A DNA stretch of 64,000 nt from NCBI GenBank assembly GCA_049515895.1, contig JBEKTQ010000003.1, forward strand, positions 1 to 64,000. The letters run 5' to 3'. A program made the position numbers and the translations under genes. The notes under the pieces are model-generated. The model was given only the letters and a program-made list of their open reading frames with translations. It was not told where the DNA came from and did no database searches. This document shows, piece by piece, positions 1 through 11,007 of the stretch (the first letter of the stretch is position 1; each line of letters opens with the position of its first letter). Origin of the DNA: Candidatus Bathyarchaeia archaeon (lineage in GTDB: Archaea > Thermoproteota > Bathyarchaeia > Bathyarchaeales > Bathycorpusculaceae).

Positions 1-503
1 ACCTTTCATGTTCTTCTAATGGCTTAAAGCACCAACCACAAACGCATTTATTTTTGGTTGACATTTTTAATCAGAATCCCTGATATGTCGCAGTCTCCAA
101 CGTGGTCGCATTCGTAGGAGCCGAATTTATAGTCGGGGCACCACCTAAACTTTCGGCAGGTCATAATTATTTTGCCTTCTCCTTTCTCCACAACCACAAC
201 CAAACCGTTTTGGCAATTATAGGCAATGTTCCGACCTTTGACACATATCAACTGCAAAGTATGAAACAAGATAGAAAACTGCAATTCTACGCTGGAAAAA
301 CTGGAAGATGAGAGGCAGGCTGTACCTAGATTTTCTGTTAGTTTTTGCCATTCTTTTCGATTCTCTTAGAAATCTAGCGCACGTGCACGTTCCTAAATTA
401 ACAACTTGAGTCCCGTACCTCTGCGGCTAGAAGCAAACCAGAAAGCGAATGAGTTTTTCACGTCGGTTATAGCCAAGTGAAAGACTCTGTTCAAGAGTCG
501 CTT

Positions 504-905
504 TTATCTCACGTGAATTCCTAATGGTGGGAACTCGGACCTTTTTGTTTGGAGTGGTGCCGCTTCGATTCTTACTTTGCTCTCGGAAGAGATGGTTTTG
601 CATATGAGGTTTAGTGATCCTTCAGTGAAATTCAACACGCTTTCTCCGTCATGTGTGAGACTGTAAACTTTTCGGGGTCGTTCGCATTCCATATTCCACT
701 GGCTTTTGATGTAGCCTTTTTTTTCGAGTATGTTGAGGAGGGGGTAGATTGTGCTGGGGCCGAAGTAGACGCCAAAGCTTTTTCGGATTTTTGTGATTAC
801 TTGATAACCGTGCATGGGTTGTTGTTCGAGAAATTGGAGTACTATCATGTCTAGTAGTCCTTTGGTGAGTTTTGTTTGGATTTCTTTTGGGTGGTTGTCG
901 ATCAT
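504..905 (-). CDS. PadR-family winged-helix transcriptional regulator
   Basis: Motifs PMHGYQVI, GPSTIYPLLNILEKKGYI, RPRKVYSLT. Confidence 0.9.
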   Translation of the reverse strand: MIDNHPKEIQTKLTKGLLDMIVLQFLEQQPMHGYQVITKIRKSFGVYFGPSTIYPLLNILEKKGYIKSQWNMECERPRKVYSLTHDGESVLNFTEGSLNLICKTISSESKVRIEAAPLQTKRSEFPPLGIHVR

Positions 906-1411
906 TTTTTTGTTCCTTCTGTTTGTGTAGTCTTGTTCTACACATACACAATATGTCGTTTTAAGACATATTTCTCATGTCTTCATATGCATAAACGGCT
1001 AAATAAACCCTCACACATAACACAAGCATACAAAATCATACCGAAAAACCATAGCTGTCGAACACAAAAACATATCAATACATAAAATACGTCCTAAAAA
1101 CCAATATTTCAAAAATTTGTGTAGCTTAAAAGGAACTGTACGACAGGTCAACAGAAAAATCGAGCAAGTGCCATAAAAACACGAAAAAGGAATCAGTCAG
1201 CAAACGAGATGAATGGTAATTGTTGTGGTGGTTCGTGGACAAACTTTTCCCTGTTCAAAGACAGCTATTCCACCCTTACCTAAGTCAGGGAGACATAAGC
1301 TGCGGAAATTCATAACCGACGCTCACATTCATATCTTGAATATTATTTTGGCTTTCATAAGTGAGTTAAGCACCTTGAATCTTACCTGTTCAGCAACAGG
1401 ATTGGCGGAAG

Positions 1412-1582
1412 TTGAACCAACAGTTGGCAGTCAAAGGTAGAAAAGAGTTGGAAGCTAAGATGGCCACGGTTTTCGGTGAAAAAATCAACGGGCTTTCTGT
1501 TGAACTGCAGGAGATGCTGTTAGACGACATGGTTACCGCGTTTGAAAACAGGCTTATCGTATTCAAGCGTGAAAAACTATAA
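1412..1582 (+). CDS. Small hypothetical protein (not in ORF track)
   Basis: Manual translation from TTG: (M)NQQLAVKGRKELEAKMATVFGEKINGLSVELQEMLLDDMVTAFENRLIVFKREKL; helical, protein-like composition. Confidence 0.5.
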   Translation: MNQQLAVKGRKELEAKMATVFGEKINGLSVELQEMLLDDMVTAFENRLIVFKREKL

Positions 1583-1621
1583 CTCAACCGTCGGGCTTAT
1601 CCCTGAAGTTCCCGGACTAAT

Positions 1622-1837
1622 CTAGTAAAGAGTTTCAACGTAATATCGCTTGTCCTGAGTCTTTTTTACCAGTGCAAACAATCCTCCAGCTACATAGCAC
1701 AACCAATTTTGCTCTGGATCGTCAAAGTCAGCCTCTCGGGCTGTAACCGCTTTATCTCTTGAATTGGCTCCCACCGCTCTAAGTTTAGACGCTATTCTTT
1801 GTTGCATCTCGGAAAGAGTTCTTGAAACTTCCTCCAT
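1622..1837 (-). CDS. Small hypothetical protein
   Basis: 71 aa ORF with GAGGGT SD-like sequence upstream. Confidence 0.55.
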   Translation of the reverse strand: MEEVSRTLSEMQQRIASKLRAVGANSRDKAVTAREADFDDPEQNWLCYVAGGLFALVKKTQDKRYYVETLY

Positions 1838-2056
1838 GTGATTACCCTCAAGCTAGCGAATCCTGCTTTGGGGGAAATAATTGAGGGTTAGGGCCGATCA
1901 TAATTATTTTGGCAGGATTCGCAGCTTACCCTGAATATTGGCTTAAATTACTTATTAGTACTATGAATTTGAAATTCATAAATACTATAAGTAGCCTCAA
2001 TAAATATTTGCCATAAACACGTTTCTACACAACCAACTTGGAGGTGGGAACGAGGT

Positions 2057-2617
2057 ATGAGCGAAGTTATTCTAGAAAATTCAAACCAACCAATAAAGAA
2101 AATAAAAGCAGTGAAGCTTGTTTCCCAAAGCACTCTCGCTGCAAAACTCTTTAACACTGTACCGTTCGATAATGGTTTCCACTTCTTCACAGCTATCCGC
2201 AACTACACTGGAATAACTGCAACCAATCTCAGCGAGTTCGAGGCAAAACTGCAAATCATTCCCGAAGAGTCAGTCAAGTTTCATTTTCAACGCAAAGACT
2301 TCGAAAAATGGATAAAGGACACAATTAAAGATGTAGAACTTGGTGAAAAAATAGACAGGATTAGAGAAGCACAATCTACGGAAGACCTGAGAGAAGAAAT
2401 ACTCAGAATAACGCAAGAACGAATTTCGGAACTGACAAGGTTTAGCCTAAGCCAAGATTCTGTGGCGACAAATTTTCTTGAGGGTAGAACTATTAGCGCG
2501 TGTAAGCACTCGCGACACGACTCAACTCAGAACATACAACACCGCACACCGCAACCCATGATTCCTAATGTCTGTCACAGTCATCTGTTTCTGTCACATA
2601 GGCATACAAAGGAGTAA
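2057..2617 (+). CDS. DUF5752-family protein
   Basis: GFHFF..NYTGITATNLSEF..ESVKFHFQRKDFEKWIKDTIKDVEL pattern; the last ~50 aa look like read-through. Confidence 0.7.
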   Translation: MSEVILENSNQPIKKIKAVKLVSQSTLAAKLFNTVPFDNGFHFFTAIRNYTGITATNLSEFEAKLQIIPEESVKFHFQRKDFEKWIKDTIKDVELGEKIDRIREAQSTEDLREEILRITQERISELTRFSLSQDSVATNFLEGRTISACKHSRHDSTQNIQHRTPQPMIPNVCHSHLFLSHRHTKE

Positions 2618-3155
2618 ACGCTTACTCACGTTCGTCTGAATGTATGCACTTGGCTTTCTGTCTGGAGAACAAGTGAAATCGGGTTTGGGTTTGGGGATTA
2701 AATTTTAATCAAAAAAAATTATGGTGAGTAGCGGTAGGTGGCTCGCTTCATTTTTGTATGAATATATGCTGAATTGTGTGCTAGTGGTTGGATAATTTAA
2801 ATCATACTTATGCTGGCGCCTCGTTTACTAACGACAAACCAGTTAGGCTTAACTTTAAGCGGATATATACATAAGAATTCAACTGGATGGAGTATAAATT
2901 ATTGAGGAAAAAAGACAGCGTAGAAGTAAGTGAAGCAGAAACTTTTGAGTCCTACAATGAGAAGTTGAGAAAGAAGTACGGTGACAACTGGCTAGGAAAA
3001 GGCAAGTGTACAGGACTAGAGTTTAAACGTTGGTTAGCTCTACGTGATAATAAAACAGAAATTCCGTGAATCAGCCGCTAAGAATTGACGGTTGCTATCC
3101 AACACAGCAAGCTTTAATTAAAGCTTCTACCTTACGATAACTTGAGGTTTTTTAA

Positions 3156-3563
3156 TTGAATATGGCTGGTTTTGATGTGTCTTTTCCAGGCATACTTTAT
3201 ACAATAATAGGGTTAATTATTCTTTGGATAATTGTTTCTATTCCTGTTTGGCTTGCTGGAAAGGCTGTTACTGGGGGAAAAGCGACTTTTGGAGATGCTT
3301 TGCTGGCAACGCTTGCTGGGCCAATTGTCTATTTCATCGTTGTTTTTGTGGTGGGCTTTTTCCTCGGAGCATCAGCTTTGGTTTTCGGTTATATTTTGGC
3401 GCTTATTGCTTGGATTTGGGTTTTCAAGGCAAGTTTTCAAACAGGCTGGCTTAGAGCAATTCTCATAGCGATTCTAGCGTGGGTTCTCTTTATCGTTTTA
3501 AGCATAATAATTGGTGCTCTGTTCGGAATAGTATATCCTGCGCCGTTTTTCCCAAAAATATAG
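3156..3563 (+). CDS. Four-TM membrane protein
   Basis: Four hydrophobic segments. Confidence 0.75.
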   Translation: MNMAGFDVSFPGILYTIIGLIILWIIVSIPVWLAGKAVTGGKATFGDALLATLAGPIVYFIVVFVVGFFLGASALVFGYILALIAWIWVFKASFQTGWLRAILIAILAWVLFIVLSIIIGALFGIVYPAPFFPKI

Positions 3564-3579
3564 TAAAGGTGGTTATATA

Positions 3580-4041
3580 ATGTCTGCACCGGATGATTTA
3601 AAAAATATTCTTGGCTCGAACGAAAAGGTTGAGCTGTTTATTCAGGAAAAAATCTATCATCCTCGAATTAACATTGAATCCGTGATCGTTACGAATGAAC
3701 GGATAATTTTGCGGCATCCTCATGCGCTTAATTTGAAGAAGGATTACACTGATTACAGTTACAGAGACATTATAAACGTAAAATTAGATAAAGGAATATT
3801 GCGTTCAACTATTAAGCTTATGCTTAAACCTAAGGAAGGGAATCAGGGAAAGAATCTGGAAGAACCGTTGGATTTGGATAATTTGCCAAATGACCTTGCA
3901 GAAAAAGGATATGGCATAATCAGGGAGAATATTGGTAAATTCCAAACACCCTTTTCAACTGGATATGCTAATGTTTCTCAACTTCAGCAGCAAGGATCAC
4001 CCACATCGGAAGGACAAAAACCCACAGAAGAAAAAAGATAG
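3580..4041 (+). CDS. Bacterial-PH (bPH) domain protein
   Basis: VIVTNERII..DYSYRDIINVKLDKGILRSTI pattern. Confidence 0.75.
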   Translation: MSAPDDLKNILGSNEKVELFIQEKIYHPRINIESVIVTNERIILRHPHALNLKKDYTDYSYRDIINVKLDKGILRSTIKLMLKPKEGNQGKNLEEPLDLDNLPNDLAEKGYGIIRENIGKFQTPFSTGYANVSQLQQQGSPTSEGQKPTEEKR

Positions 4042-4464
4042 CACAAAACGATTGCGTTCCAATTCAATATGGAGTAAATCTCATAGGTATACTGCCACTT
4101 GGTTTAGGGCTAATGACTGGTCTTGTCATCGGGTTCATTTCATCATAAACAATCATTCCCCTTTGTAGAAAAACTATTGAAAAAAGGCTTAAAGGAGGTT
4201 TGAGATTATTTCATGTGTGTATTATTTGTGGGAACCTGACAAAAAACGTAGGTCTACAAAAAGCCAAAAAGCAGAAAACAACCAACTATTGTAAACACCT
4301 AAACCAGTCAAATATTCATCAAATACCATTATCCTCATGCATAAATTAGATTCTTGATTAAAGAAATCCACACAAGATACTGGGCAAGGAAGCTGTAACT
4401 GTTTATTGACAGTCACACATCTTAAAATAGAATGCCAAGTTAAGGATAACTAGGGTTTTTGAAA

Positions 4465-4623
4465 ATGGGCGCACTCGATTTCCTTTTCGTGGTTGCTGTG
4501 ATACTTATTGTGCTGTGGCTTCTTGGCTTTGTCTTCTTCAACCTGGGCGCCATCATATGGCTGCTGCTAGTCATCGCCATCATCATAATACTTGTTCGAC
4601 TAATTTCAGGACGCAGAATATAA
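4465..4623 (+). CDS. Small two-TM membrane protein (lmo0937/DUF5670-like)
   Basis: MGALDFLFVVAVILIVLWLLGFVFFNLGAIIWLLLVIAIIIILVRLISGRRI, translated manually. Confidence 0.7.
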   Translation: MGALDFLFVVAVILIVLWLLGFVFFNLGAIIWLLLVIAIIIILVRLISGRRI

Positions 4624-4664
4624 CATGCATAAATCTAATGTAGATGGGTGTGTGAGGTAGAAAA

Positions 4665-4908
4665 ATGAGAGCTGGGGCGTTGGCGGTTGGTGTTTTCCTG
4701 TTGGCTATCGGTGTGTGATTTTCTGGCTCTTGGCTACTCCGATTTGCAGCAATACGGCGGTTTGTTTGGTCAAATATCACAGGCCCTTTCCGCACAGGTT
4801 CGAGACAAGGTTGCTCAAGACAAGTTTATGGCAGCTGGCGGAGTCATCATGGCAATCATCGGCTTGGCAGTAACAATTTACGGTTTAGCTGCTAATCGAA
4901 AAAACTAA
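4665..4908 (+). pseudogene. Frameshifted small membrane protein
   Basis: MRAGALAVGVFLLAIGV* continues in the +1 frame as FLALGYSDLQQYGG...; shift at a GTGTGTG run (~4711). Confidence 0.5.
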
Positions 4909-5443
4909 AAACTCTTTTTTCATTCTAATTTATGACGCTATTTTTGTTTGAGTAAAGTCGCGAGGATACGAGTGAGCGTATACACTCAGAGGTTCGGATT
5001 TAGGGTTTTTACTAATATTTAATCCCACACACAAAGGTCTACATCTTCTCTACTTAGCAGGCTTTTTATAAAAACATCAAGAAGTAACCTAGTAATGGAT
5101 GTGGAAGTAAAGGACTGGAACTTTGCTGTTGGAAAACTTGAAAAAGAATATACTGTTGAGGTCAACGTTAAGCTAAGTCTAAAGCCAAAATAAACCTAAG
5201 TTGTTAAGGTATGAACTAAAGTAAGGGTTGCCCGTGAAGATAGCTGTTAATACGCCTGCGAAAAAGATGTGGGCACCGAGATTCAAAACTGAGACCTACT
5301 AAAAAATAATTAAGACTAAAATAAAAAGATTCATCAACGTCGCAAGCGGAAACAATAAGCCTTCATTCTTGCTCCTATTGAGAGATGACTATAATATGGC
5401 GGGTTAGTTATTGCATCGTCAGTAATCCAGGCTATAAACCTGC

Positions 5444-6118
5444 TTAAGTATTAAGAAGTCGGCTGTTGACCTTTGATTTGGCATCTTGACTTAAGAACCG
5501 CTGAATTTTTCCGCTTGACACTAGGTACTTGAAAAGCAGAATGCAAACTGTCACCCAGAAAGCGCCCAAGAAAATTGAGCCTACGATGTCACTGAACCAG
5601 TGAACGTTTAGGTATATTCTGTCAAAACCCACGATTGCAGTTATGGAAACGTAGAGTCCGGCTGTTAAAGCTTTAACTTTCGGTGAGTCCCAGTTTTTCC
5701 AAACGAAGTATGTTAGTACCCCGAAGAAAACCACGCTGCTCGTAGTATGCCCGCTTGGGAAAGAGTAGCCCGACACAGCGATAATCCCATTTAATGGTCT
5801 TGGAGACTTAATTATGGTTTTGAATAATTCTACGAGAAAAGTGACTCCAGCCATTGCACCTATCAACAACAAACCGTACCTTCTGTAATGCCAGACGAAA
5901 AGAAAGACAGCTAAAACAAGTGATAGGATTGTTAACGCGATAGTATCAAAGACGACAGATATGGTTTGGGCTACCAAAGTGAAAAAGCCCGTGTTAACTA
6001 AGGCCGACCAAAAGTTAAGACTCAAATTTACCGTGTCAAAGCTGTCTCTAAAAGATGCAACAAGTAAGAAACAAATCATGAACAGGATAGAAAATAGCAG
6101 AATTCTTCTTTGATTCAA
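5444..6118 (-). CDS. PAP2-family membrane phosphatase
   Basis: KxxxxxxRP, SFPSGH, DRIYLNVHWFSD motifs. Confidence 0.9.
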   Translation of the reverse strand: MNQRRILLFSILFMICFLLVASFRDSFDTVNLSLNFWSALVNTGFFTLVAQTISVVFDTIALTILSLVLAVFLFVWHYRRYGLLLIGAMAGVTFLVELFKTIIKSPRPLNGIIAVSGYSFPSGHTTSSVVFFGVLTYFVWKNWDSPKVKALTAGLYVSITAIVGFDRIYLNVHWFSDIVGSIFLGAFWVTVCILLFKYLVSSGKIQRFLSQDAKSKVNSRLLNT

Positions 6119-6419
6119 AAGCGCTCAATCTAAGGGATCAGTACAGGATTGACGTTAAAAAAATTTTCCGTTTCTTCAGTAAATCTTCAGCATCTAAGAA
6201 GAAACAAATTTTGATGCTTGCAGGAGAGCATCAACGGTGCTTTTTTTATAGGCGCACGACTTTCTCTTTTCAAGCGAAGTTTAAGCCAAAAATAGAAAGC
6301 CGTACATTTTAGGCTTTGTCGAGCCAACAACGCCTTACAAACTATGTTAACTGAGGAAGTAACCATAAAACGCGGTCGAAAAAGTTCAAAAAGCGATCGT
6401 CAGCCCGGACGACACCGGT

Positions 6420-6488
6420 ATGAGTGCACCTGAAAAAGTAAAAGGGAAAATCCAAGAAGACGTAGGCAAAGCCAAAAGAAAAGCCTAA
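6420..6488 (+). pseudogene. CsbD-like micro-ORF or relic
   Basis: MSAPEKVKGKIQEDVGKAKRKA resembles a CsbD repeat. Confidence 0.3.
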
Positions 6489-6628
6489 CAAAGCTTAAAA
6501 CCAACTATTCAAAGCTTCAATAATCAGCCGAAATAAGATTTTCAAGAAATTGGAAAAATACTGTCAATTGTTAAGCAGATAGCTTATCCCCTTTTGGGGT
6601 GTGCTTCACAAGTTTTGGGGTGATAAAC

Positions 6629-6908
6629 ATGAGTAAGCCAGCCGAGAAGAGCTTTGAAGAAAGAGCAAAGAAGTGGCTTCTAGCCTTCATTAAATTCAAT
6701 TTGGTAGGTTTCTTGTTTTCCTTGTCGGAACCGCCATCTTCGCGTTGCTTTCAGCACTTTTGGGGCTTGGACATGGCTAGTTGCCAGCGGTACTGGAGGT
6801 ATACTGCAGTTTTCCTTAATCAGCTACCTAAACAAAACAAAGGGAGAAAAAATATTTGACAGCTGCGAACAAAGAATCCGACAAGAAAACGAAGAAAAAA
6901 ATAATTAA
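6629..6908 (+). pseudogene. GtrA-like membrane protein with two frameshifts
   Basis: FIKFNLVGF / LVFLVGTAIFALL / AWTWLVASGTGGILQFSLISYL lie in three different frames. Confidence 0.45.
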
Positions 6909-7159
6909 GAACAACACCACAGAACACCTAAAAATTTAACAAAAAGGAAGAATAGTTTATTTCCCATAGCTTTTGTCGGTCAACCACGCATTCATAGTAA
7001 ATTCTTCAACTGAGTTTCAACTACTGGTCTTAGGGCGATTATCCGAGTGTGTTTTTTGGGTTATGACAAGAAATTTTTTTAAGCTTTGTAATCGCGCGGC
7101 GTGCTCACCAACATACTTCAACACGTAATAAAGGGACAAGGCAGCGCGCTTTGTGTTAG

Positions 7160-7474
7160 CTAGCTTTGTTGTTTAATAACGGTGATGGTGCATCTTGTTG
7201 CTAAAGCTGCTATTGCGCCCAAGGCTGCCAGCCAAGGAGCCAGTAATGTTCCTACAATACCTGCCCAAGCCGGTATCTCTAAGAGGGTCTTACCCGCCTC
7301 GTCCTTCACGATGATTCTTGATATGTCTCCCTCATGGATCAGTTCTTTGATTTTCGCAACAAGATCCTCTGAGCGGACTGTAAACTCCTCTTTTACGCCT
7401 ACAGGAGCCCCACATTTTGAGCAGAATTTGGCCCCTTCAGACAAGTCGGCTCCACAATTTTCACACTTAACCAT
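7160..7474 (-). CDS. Zinc-ribbon + DUF4342 domain protein
   Basis: CENC..CSKC; KIKELIHEGDISRIIVKD..LLEIP..LAPWLAALG. Confidence 0.85.
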   Translation of the reverse strand: MVKCENCGADLSEGAKFCSKCGAPVGVKEEFTVRSEDLVAKIKELIHEGDISRIIVKDEAGKTLLEIPAWAGIVGTLLAPWLAALGAIAALATRCTITVIKQQS

Positions 7475-7770
7475 TTAATCTTCTCCTAAAAGTATCTAGC
7501 AAGCTATTTGATTTTAAGTTTTCTGCGATTATTCTTTTAAATATAGTTAGAGCGTGTCTAAGCTTCAGTTTCTCCTCTAAGACCAAGGGCCTCTATGAGC
7601 CAGAACCGAAAGAATGTCAACGTACATTTCTAGTTTGGAACGCCTCATACTAATCGTCTAAGGAGCAATCTGAAATCAGAATTAACGATACGTGTGTAGT
7701 GAAAAACATATCCATTTGATTTATCTGCTTGGGTTCTGTTAAATCTTAGGTTCAAAGCCAAACTTGAAGA

Positions 7771-8616
7771 GTGCTAAGTGCGTTGATTGGAAGGTGGACA
7801 GAAGACTCCTCTTTGGTCAAGAAGATAACTGATTACGCGGTTAATCGTCAGAACGCTGATGGCGGCTACACTTTCTGTCAAGGTGCAGAGTCAAATCTTC
7901 AGGACACATATTATGGCTTGGCTATGCTAAGTTTGCTGGGAGGCAATTTTTCTGATGTTGAAAAAACCGTCAAATTCATAGACGACGCCCGTTTGGACGG
8001 CATCTACTCCACCTACTACGTAGCCAAGTCTTCTCTGCTTCTTGGCAAAAACATTGAACCAAAATTGAAAAAAAGCCTTGTTTCAATTCTTAACTCAAAG
8101 AATTATTTTGGTTCAACCGTGTTATTTTCTGAGCCCTCCTCAGAGTTCACTACAACTTTCATGACTCTAGAAATTGCGCACTTGCTGAAAGTCAAGGTCA
8201 ACGCAGAAGATGTTACCAATTGGCTGCTTGAGTCTAGAAACGACGACGGAGGATTTGGTGTTCAAGGGTACTCAAACATTAACTCAACCTACTACGCCAT
8301 CGCATCCATTCATCTTCTAAAAGAAAGCTTAAGCAACCAGTTTGAAACCTTAGCGTTTATGAGAAAATGCGAGAAACCCCATGGAAGCTTCACAGTCGTA
8401 CCCATAAATTTCACGCCTTATATGGAACATACTTACTACGGGGTTATGACGCTGCACTTGCTCGGTGAAAAAAGCAAGTACCCTTCACAAACAATAGACT
8501 TTGTGCTAGGGTGCCAGAATAACAACGGAGGCTTCGCCCGCTCAGACCTCGGCATTTCCACCTTCGAGAACACCTTCCAAGCGGTTGAAGTGCTTAGAAA
8601 ACTCGATTTCCAATAA
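7771..8616 (+). CDS. Prenyltransferase/squalene-oxidase repeat protein
   Basis: Repeated QNxDGG(F/Y)...TYY motifs. Confidence 0.8.
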   Translation: MLSALIGRWTEDSSLVKKITDYAVNRQNADGGYTFCQGAESNLQDTYYGLAMLSLLGGNFSDVEKTVKFIDDARLDGIYSTYYVAKSSLLLGKNIEPKLKKSLVSILNSKNYFGSTVLFSEPSSEFTTTFMTLEIAHLLKVKVNAEDVTNWLLESRNDDGGFGVQGYSNINSTYYAIASIHLLKESLSNQFETLAFMRKCEKPHGSFTVVPINFTPYMEHTYYGVMTLHLLGEKSKYPSQTIDFVLGCQNNNGGFARSDLGISTFENTFQAVEVLRKLDFQ

Positions 8617-8775
8617 GACCAAACACTAATTAATGCTTACTAAATCAGCTGGACAGAATTGATAAACTATAAGATGAGAGGCAGACTGCACGTAGACTTT
8701 ATGATGGATATATATGATTGAGCGTAGCGCGCGCAAGAGAACCTATGAATTCACCATAACCCCCGAACCCTGCAA

Positions 8776-9231
8776 GTGTCCAACCGCCTGCTTTCAATGC
8801 TTAATAGTCTTCCGAAAAAATCACCCAGAGTCTTCGCTTGCACTTACCGCAGCGTCAGCTGCGCCTTCAGTCGACTCAGAAAACGTACCGCTGAACTCCA
8901 AAAGAACCCTCGCTTTCTATCGATAGAACTCAGAACCTTTAGACAGTGGGCAGGCACCATGATCGCGTACCATACAAACGGAAACGTGCTAATCGTCAAG
9001 AAACTGCTAGGCCACAAACGTGTTGAAAACAGCATGAAGTACATTGGCATGATCGACTTCAAAGAAGACGAATTTGAAACAGCAACAGCCACAACCGTGG
9101 AAGACGTACTGAAACTCGGACAAACCGGATGGATCAAGTACGACGAATTAAGCATCGGCGGAACCGTAGTCCACTGCTATCGGAGACCAAAAAGATTCTC
9201 CAAGCTCAATCTAGGAGGGCGCGTAGAATAA
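8776..9231 (+). pseudogene. Truncated tyrosine recombinase (C-terminal part)
   Basis: LRTFRQW..VKKLLGHKRVENSMKY retains the LGH and catalytic Tyr; N-terminal domain and first Arg are absent. Confidence 0.75.
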
Positions 9232-9306
9232 ACGCAAATCTACATCACCCTGCGTGCAATACGATTATATATAACTTGAAACTAAGGCTATTTTGAGGAA
9301 AATATC

Positions 9307-9678
9307 TTGTCAGAACTTGTTTGGAATAAGCCTGTTGTATGCATTTTTAAGGAGCGAGACGATAACCCAGAGATAGACCCATTCGTGGTTGTCAAAGCCA
9401 GAAAAATATCGCTGTCCCAAAAGGATAAGGGTAAAGTCGAAGGAAACCTTGAAGATTTCTTCACTTTGATGGGCGACGCTGATTACCTTTCGTCAGCAAA
9501 AGGCGCAGCAGACCATTACGTCATGTGCTGGTTTGACGACTCTGAGCCGGACATGACTCGGGACTTGAGGCGTTTAAGAGGAGTTTCCTTCAAGGGAAAA
9601 GTGACGTTTGTCCTAAATGAGAGCGGAAAAAGAACATACAACGCGGCTTTCAAAGCTGAACACGCTAAGCTGAAATAG
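9307..9678 (+). CDS. Hypothetical protein
   Basis: 123 aa ORF, TATA-like TTATATA upstream. Confidence 0.7.
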   Translation: MSELVWNKPVVCIFKERDDNPEIDPFVVVKARKISLSQKDKGKVEGNLEDFFTLMGDADYLSSAKGAADHYVMCWFDDSEPDMTRDLRRLRGVSFKGKVTFVLNESGKRTYNAAFKAEHAKLK

Positions 9679-9785
9679 AGACGGCTTAGATAGTGGCCTT
9701 ATTGGGTCAAAATAGAGTAGGCTTAAAAGATTTGACCAAAAAATATAATTTATGCAGCTTGCATAGTTAAGTCTGGGTTTTTGTT

Positions 9786-10223
9786 TTGTCAAGTTGCGAC
9801 TCAGCTATTCTTAAGAACCTTATGCTTTTGCTAAAAACTAAATCGCTCACTTCTGAAAACGTGTTTAAACGAGAAACCAAGGAAGTAGACGAGATGTTTA
9901 TGGATCTTTTAAGCGTTTTTCAACGTTTCTATGACCAAGCAGCGGAAGCAGACAAGCTAACAGTTAGAAGCATCCAAGACCTAGTTATCCTCGTGTCGGA
10001 AAAGGTGCACTCGTCCCATAGACAAGCTGAAAGCACGATCGGCGATTTTAAGAATTACGTAATTGCCCTTGAGGGCAAATGCAAGGGTTTCGATGGAGAC
10101 TTTGAAAAATCGGTTACCCAACCCGCAGAAAAAGAGGCTCAAGCTAAAGACAAAGAGGAAGAAGTAAGAGCTAAAGCTCTTGATGAGTATAGCCAGAAAG
10201 TTAGGCCAAGATTCTATGAATAG
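9786..10223 (+). CDS. Hypothetical coiled-coil protein
   Basis: Charged helical ORF; start uncertain. Confidence 0.55.
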   Translation: MSSCDSAILKNLMLLLKTKSLTSENVFKRETKEVDEMFMDLLSVFQRFYDQAAEADKLTVRSIQDLVILVSEKVHSSHRQAESTIGDFKNYVIALEGKCKGFDGDFEKSVTQPAEKEAQAKDKEEEVRAKALDEYSQKVRPRFYE

Positions 10224-10257
10224 CTTTTTGAAAATAAGTTTTTAGGAGGCGATATGT

Positions 10258-10569
10258 TTGTCAATGGGATTTGTCAAGTTAGCTTCAAAAAACGACGTAA
10301 AATCAAACACCATGATGAAGGTCGTTGTCAAGGACCAGAAAGTATTGCTTGCAAACGTGAACGGGAACTACTACGCGATAGGTGACGTCTGCATGCACAG
10401 AGGTTGCCAACTTTCTAAAGGAGAATTAGAAGGAGAAACAGTGATTTGCCCATGCCACGGATCCACTTACGATCTTAAAACAGGCAACTTTCTCAAGGGA
10501 CCCACAAAGAAAGGCGAACCGAAATACGAGTTAAAAGTCGAAAACAATGACATCATGATTAATCTGTAG
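10258..10569 (+). CDS. Rieske-type ferredoxin
   Basis: CMH...CPCHGS Rieske ligands. Confidence 0.92.
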   Translation: MSMGFVKLASKNDVKSNTMMKVVVKDQKVLLANVNGNYYAIGDVCMHRGCQLSKGELEGETVICPCHGSTYDLKTGNFLKGPTKKGEPKYELKVENNDIMINL

Positions 10570-10957
10570 ATTGCCTTTCTATAAGTTCAATGAGCGTTCC
10601 ATCAGGGTCTTCAACGAAAGCTATTATTGGTCCATTCGTTCCGAGTTTGAATGGCTCATCAGTAACCTTCACTTTTTCTTTGCGCATTGCAGTTATGGTC
10701 TGATTCATGTCTGAAATTGCGAAACCTAAATGGTCGAACAGCCGCTCTTCATATTCAGGCTGCAAAAATGTCTTCTGGTCGCGATAAAACGTTAACTCAA
10801 GCGTGCATCCCTCGGCTTTTGGGTCTTGAAGAAAAACAATTTCAGCATTATTCTGTTTGATCTCGCGGCGGCTTAAGACTTTCAATCCTAAAAACCTCGT
10901 GTAAAAATCAATTGACCTCTCCACATCGCTAGTGCGAATACTTGTATGAACAAACAT
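10559..10957 (-). CDS. VOC/glyoxalase (lactoylglutathione lyase-like)
   Basis: HTSIRTSDVERSIDFY, HLGFA, FVEDPDGTLIEL. Confidence 0.9.
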   Translation of the reverse strand: MFVHTSIRTSDVERSIDFYTRFLGLKVLSRREIKQNNAEIVFLQDPKAEGCTLELTFYRDQKTFLQPEYEERLFDHLGFAISDMNQTITAMRKEKVKVTDEPFKLGTNGPIIAFVEDPDGTLIELIERQSTD

Positions 10958-11007
10958 GGTTTTCCATCCCTAACTTTTCTAATACACTGTTCGTAATAAC
11001 CCTTGAG

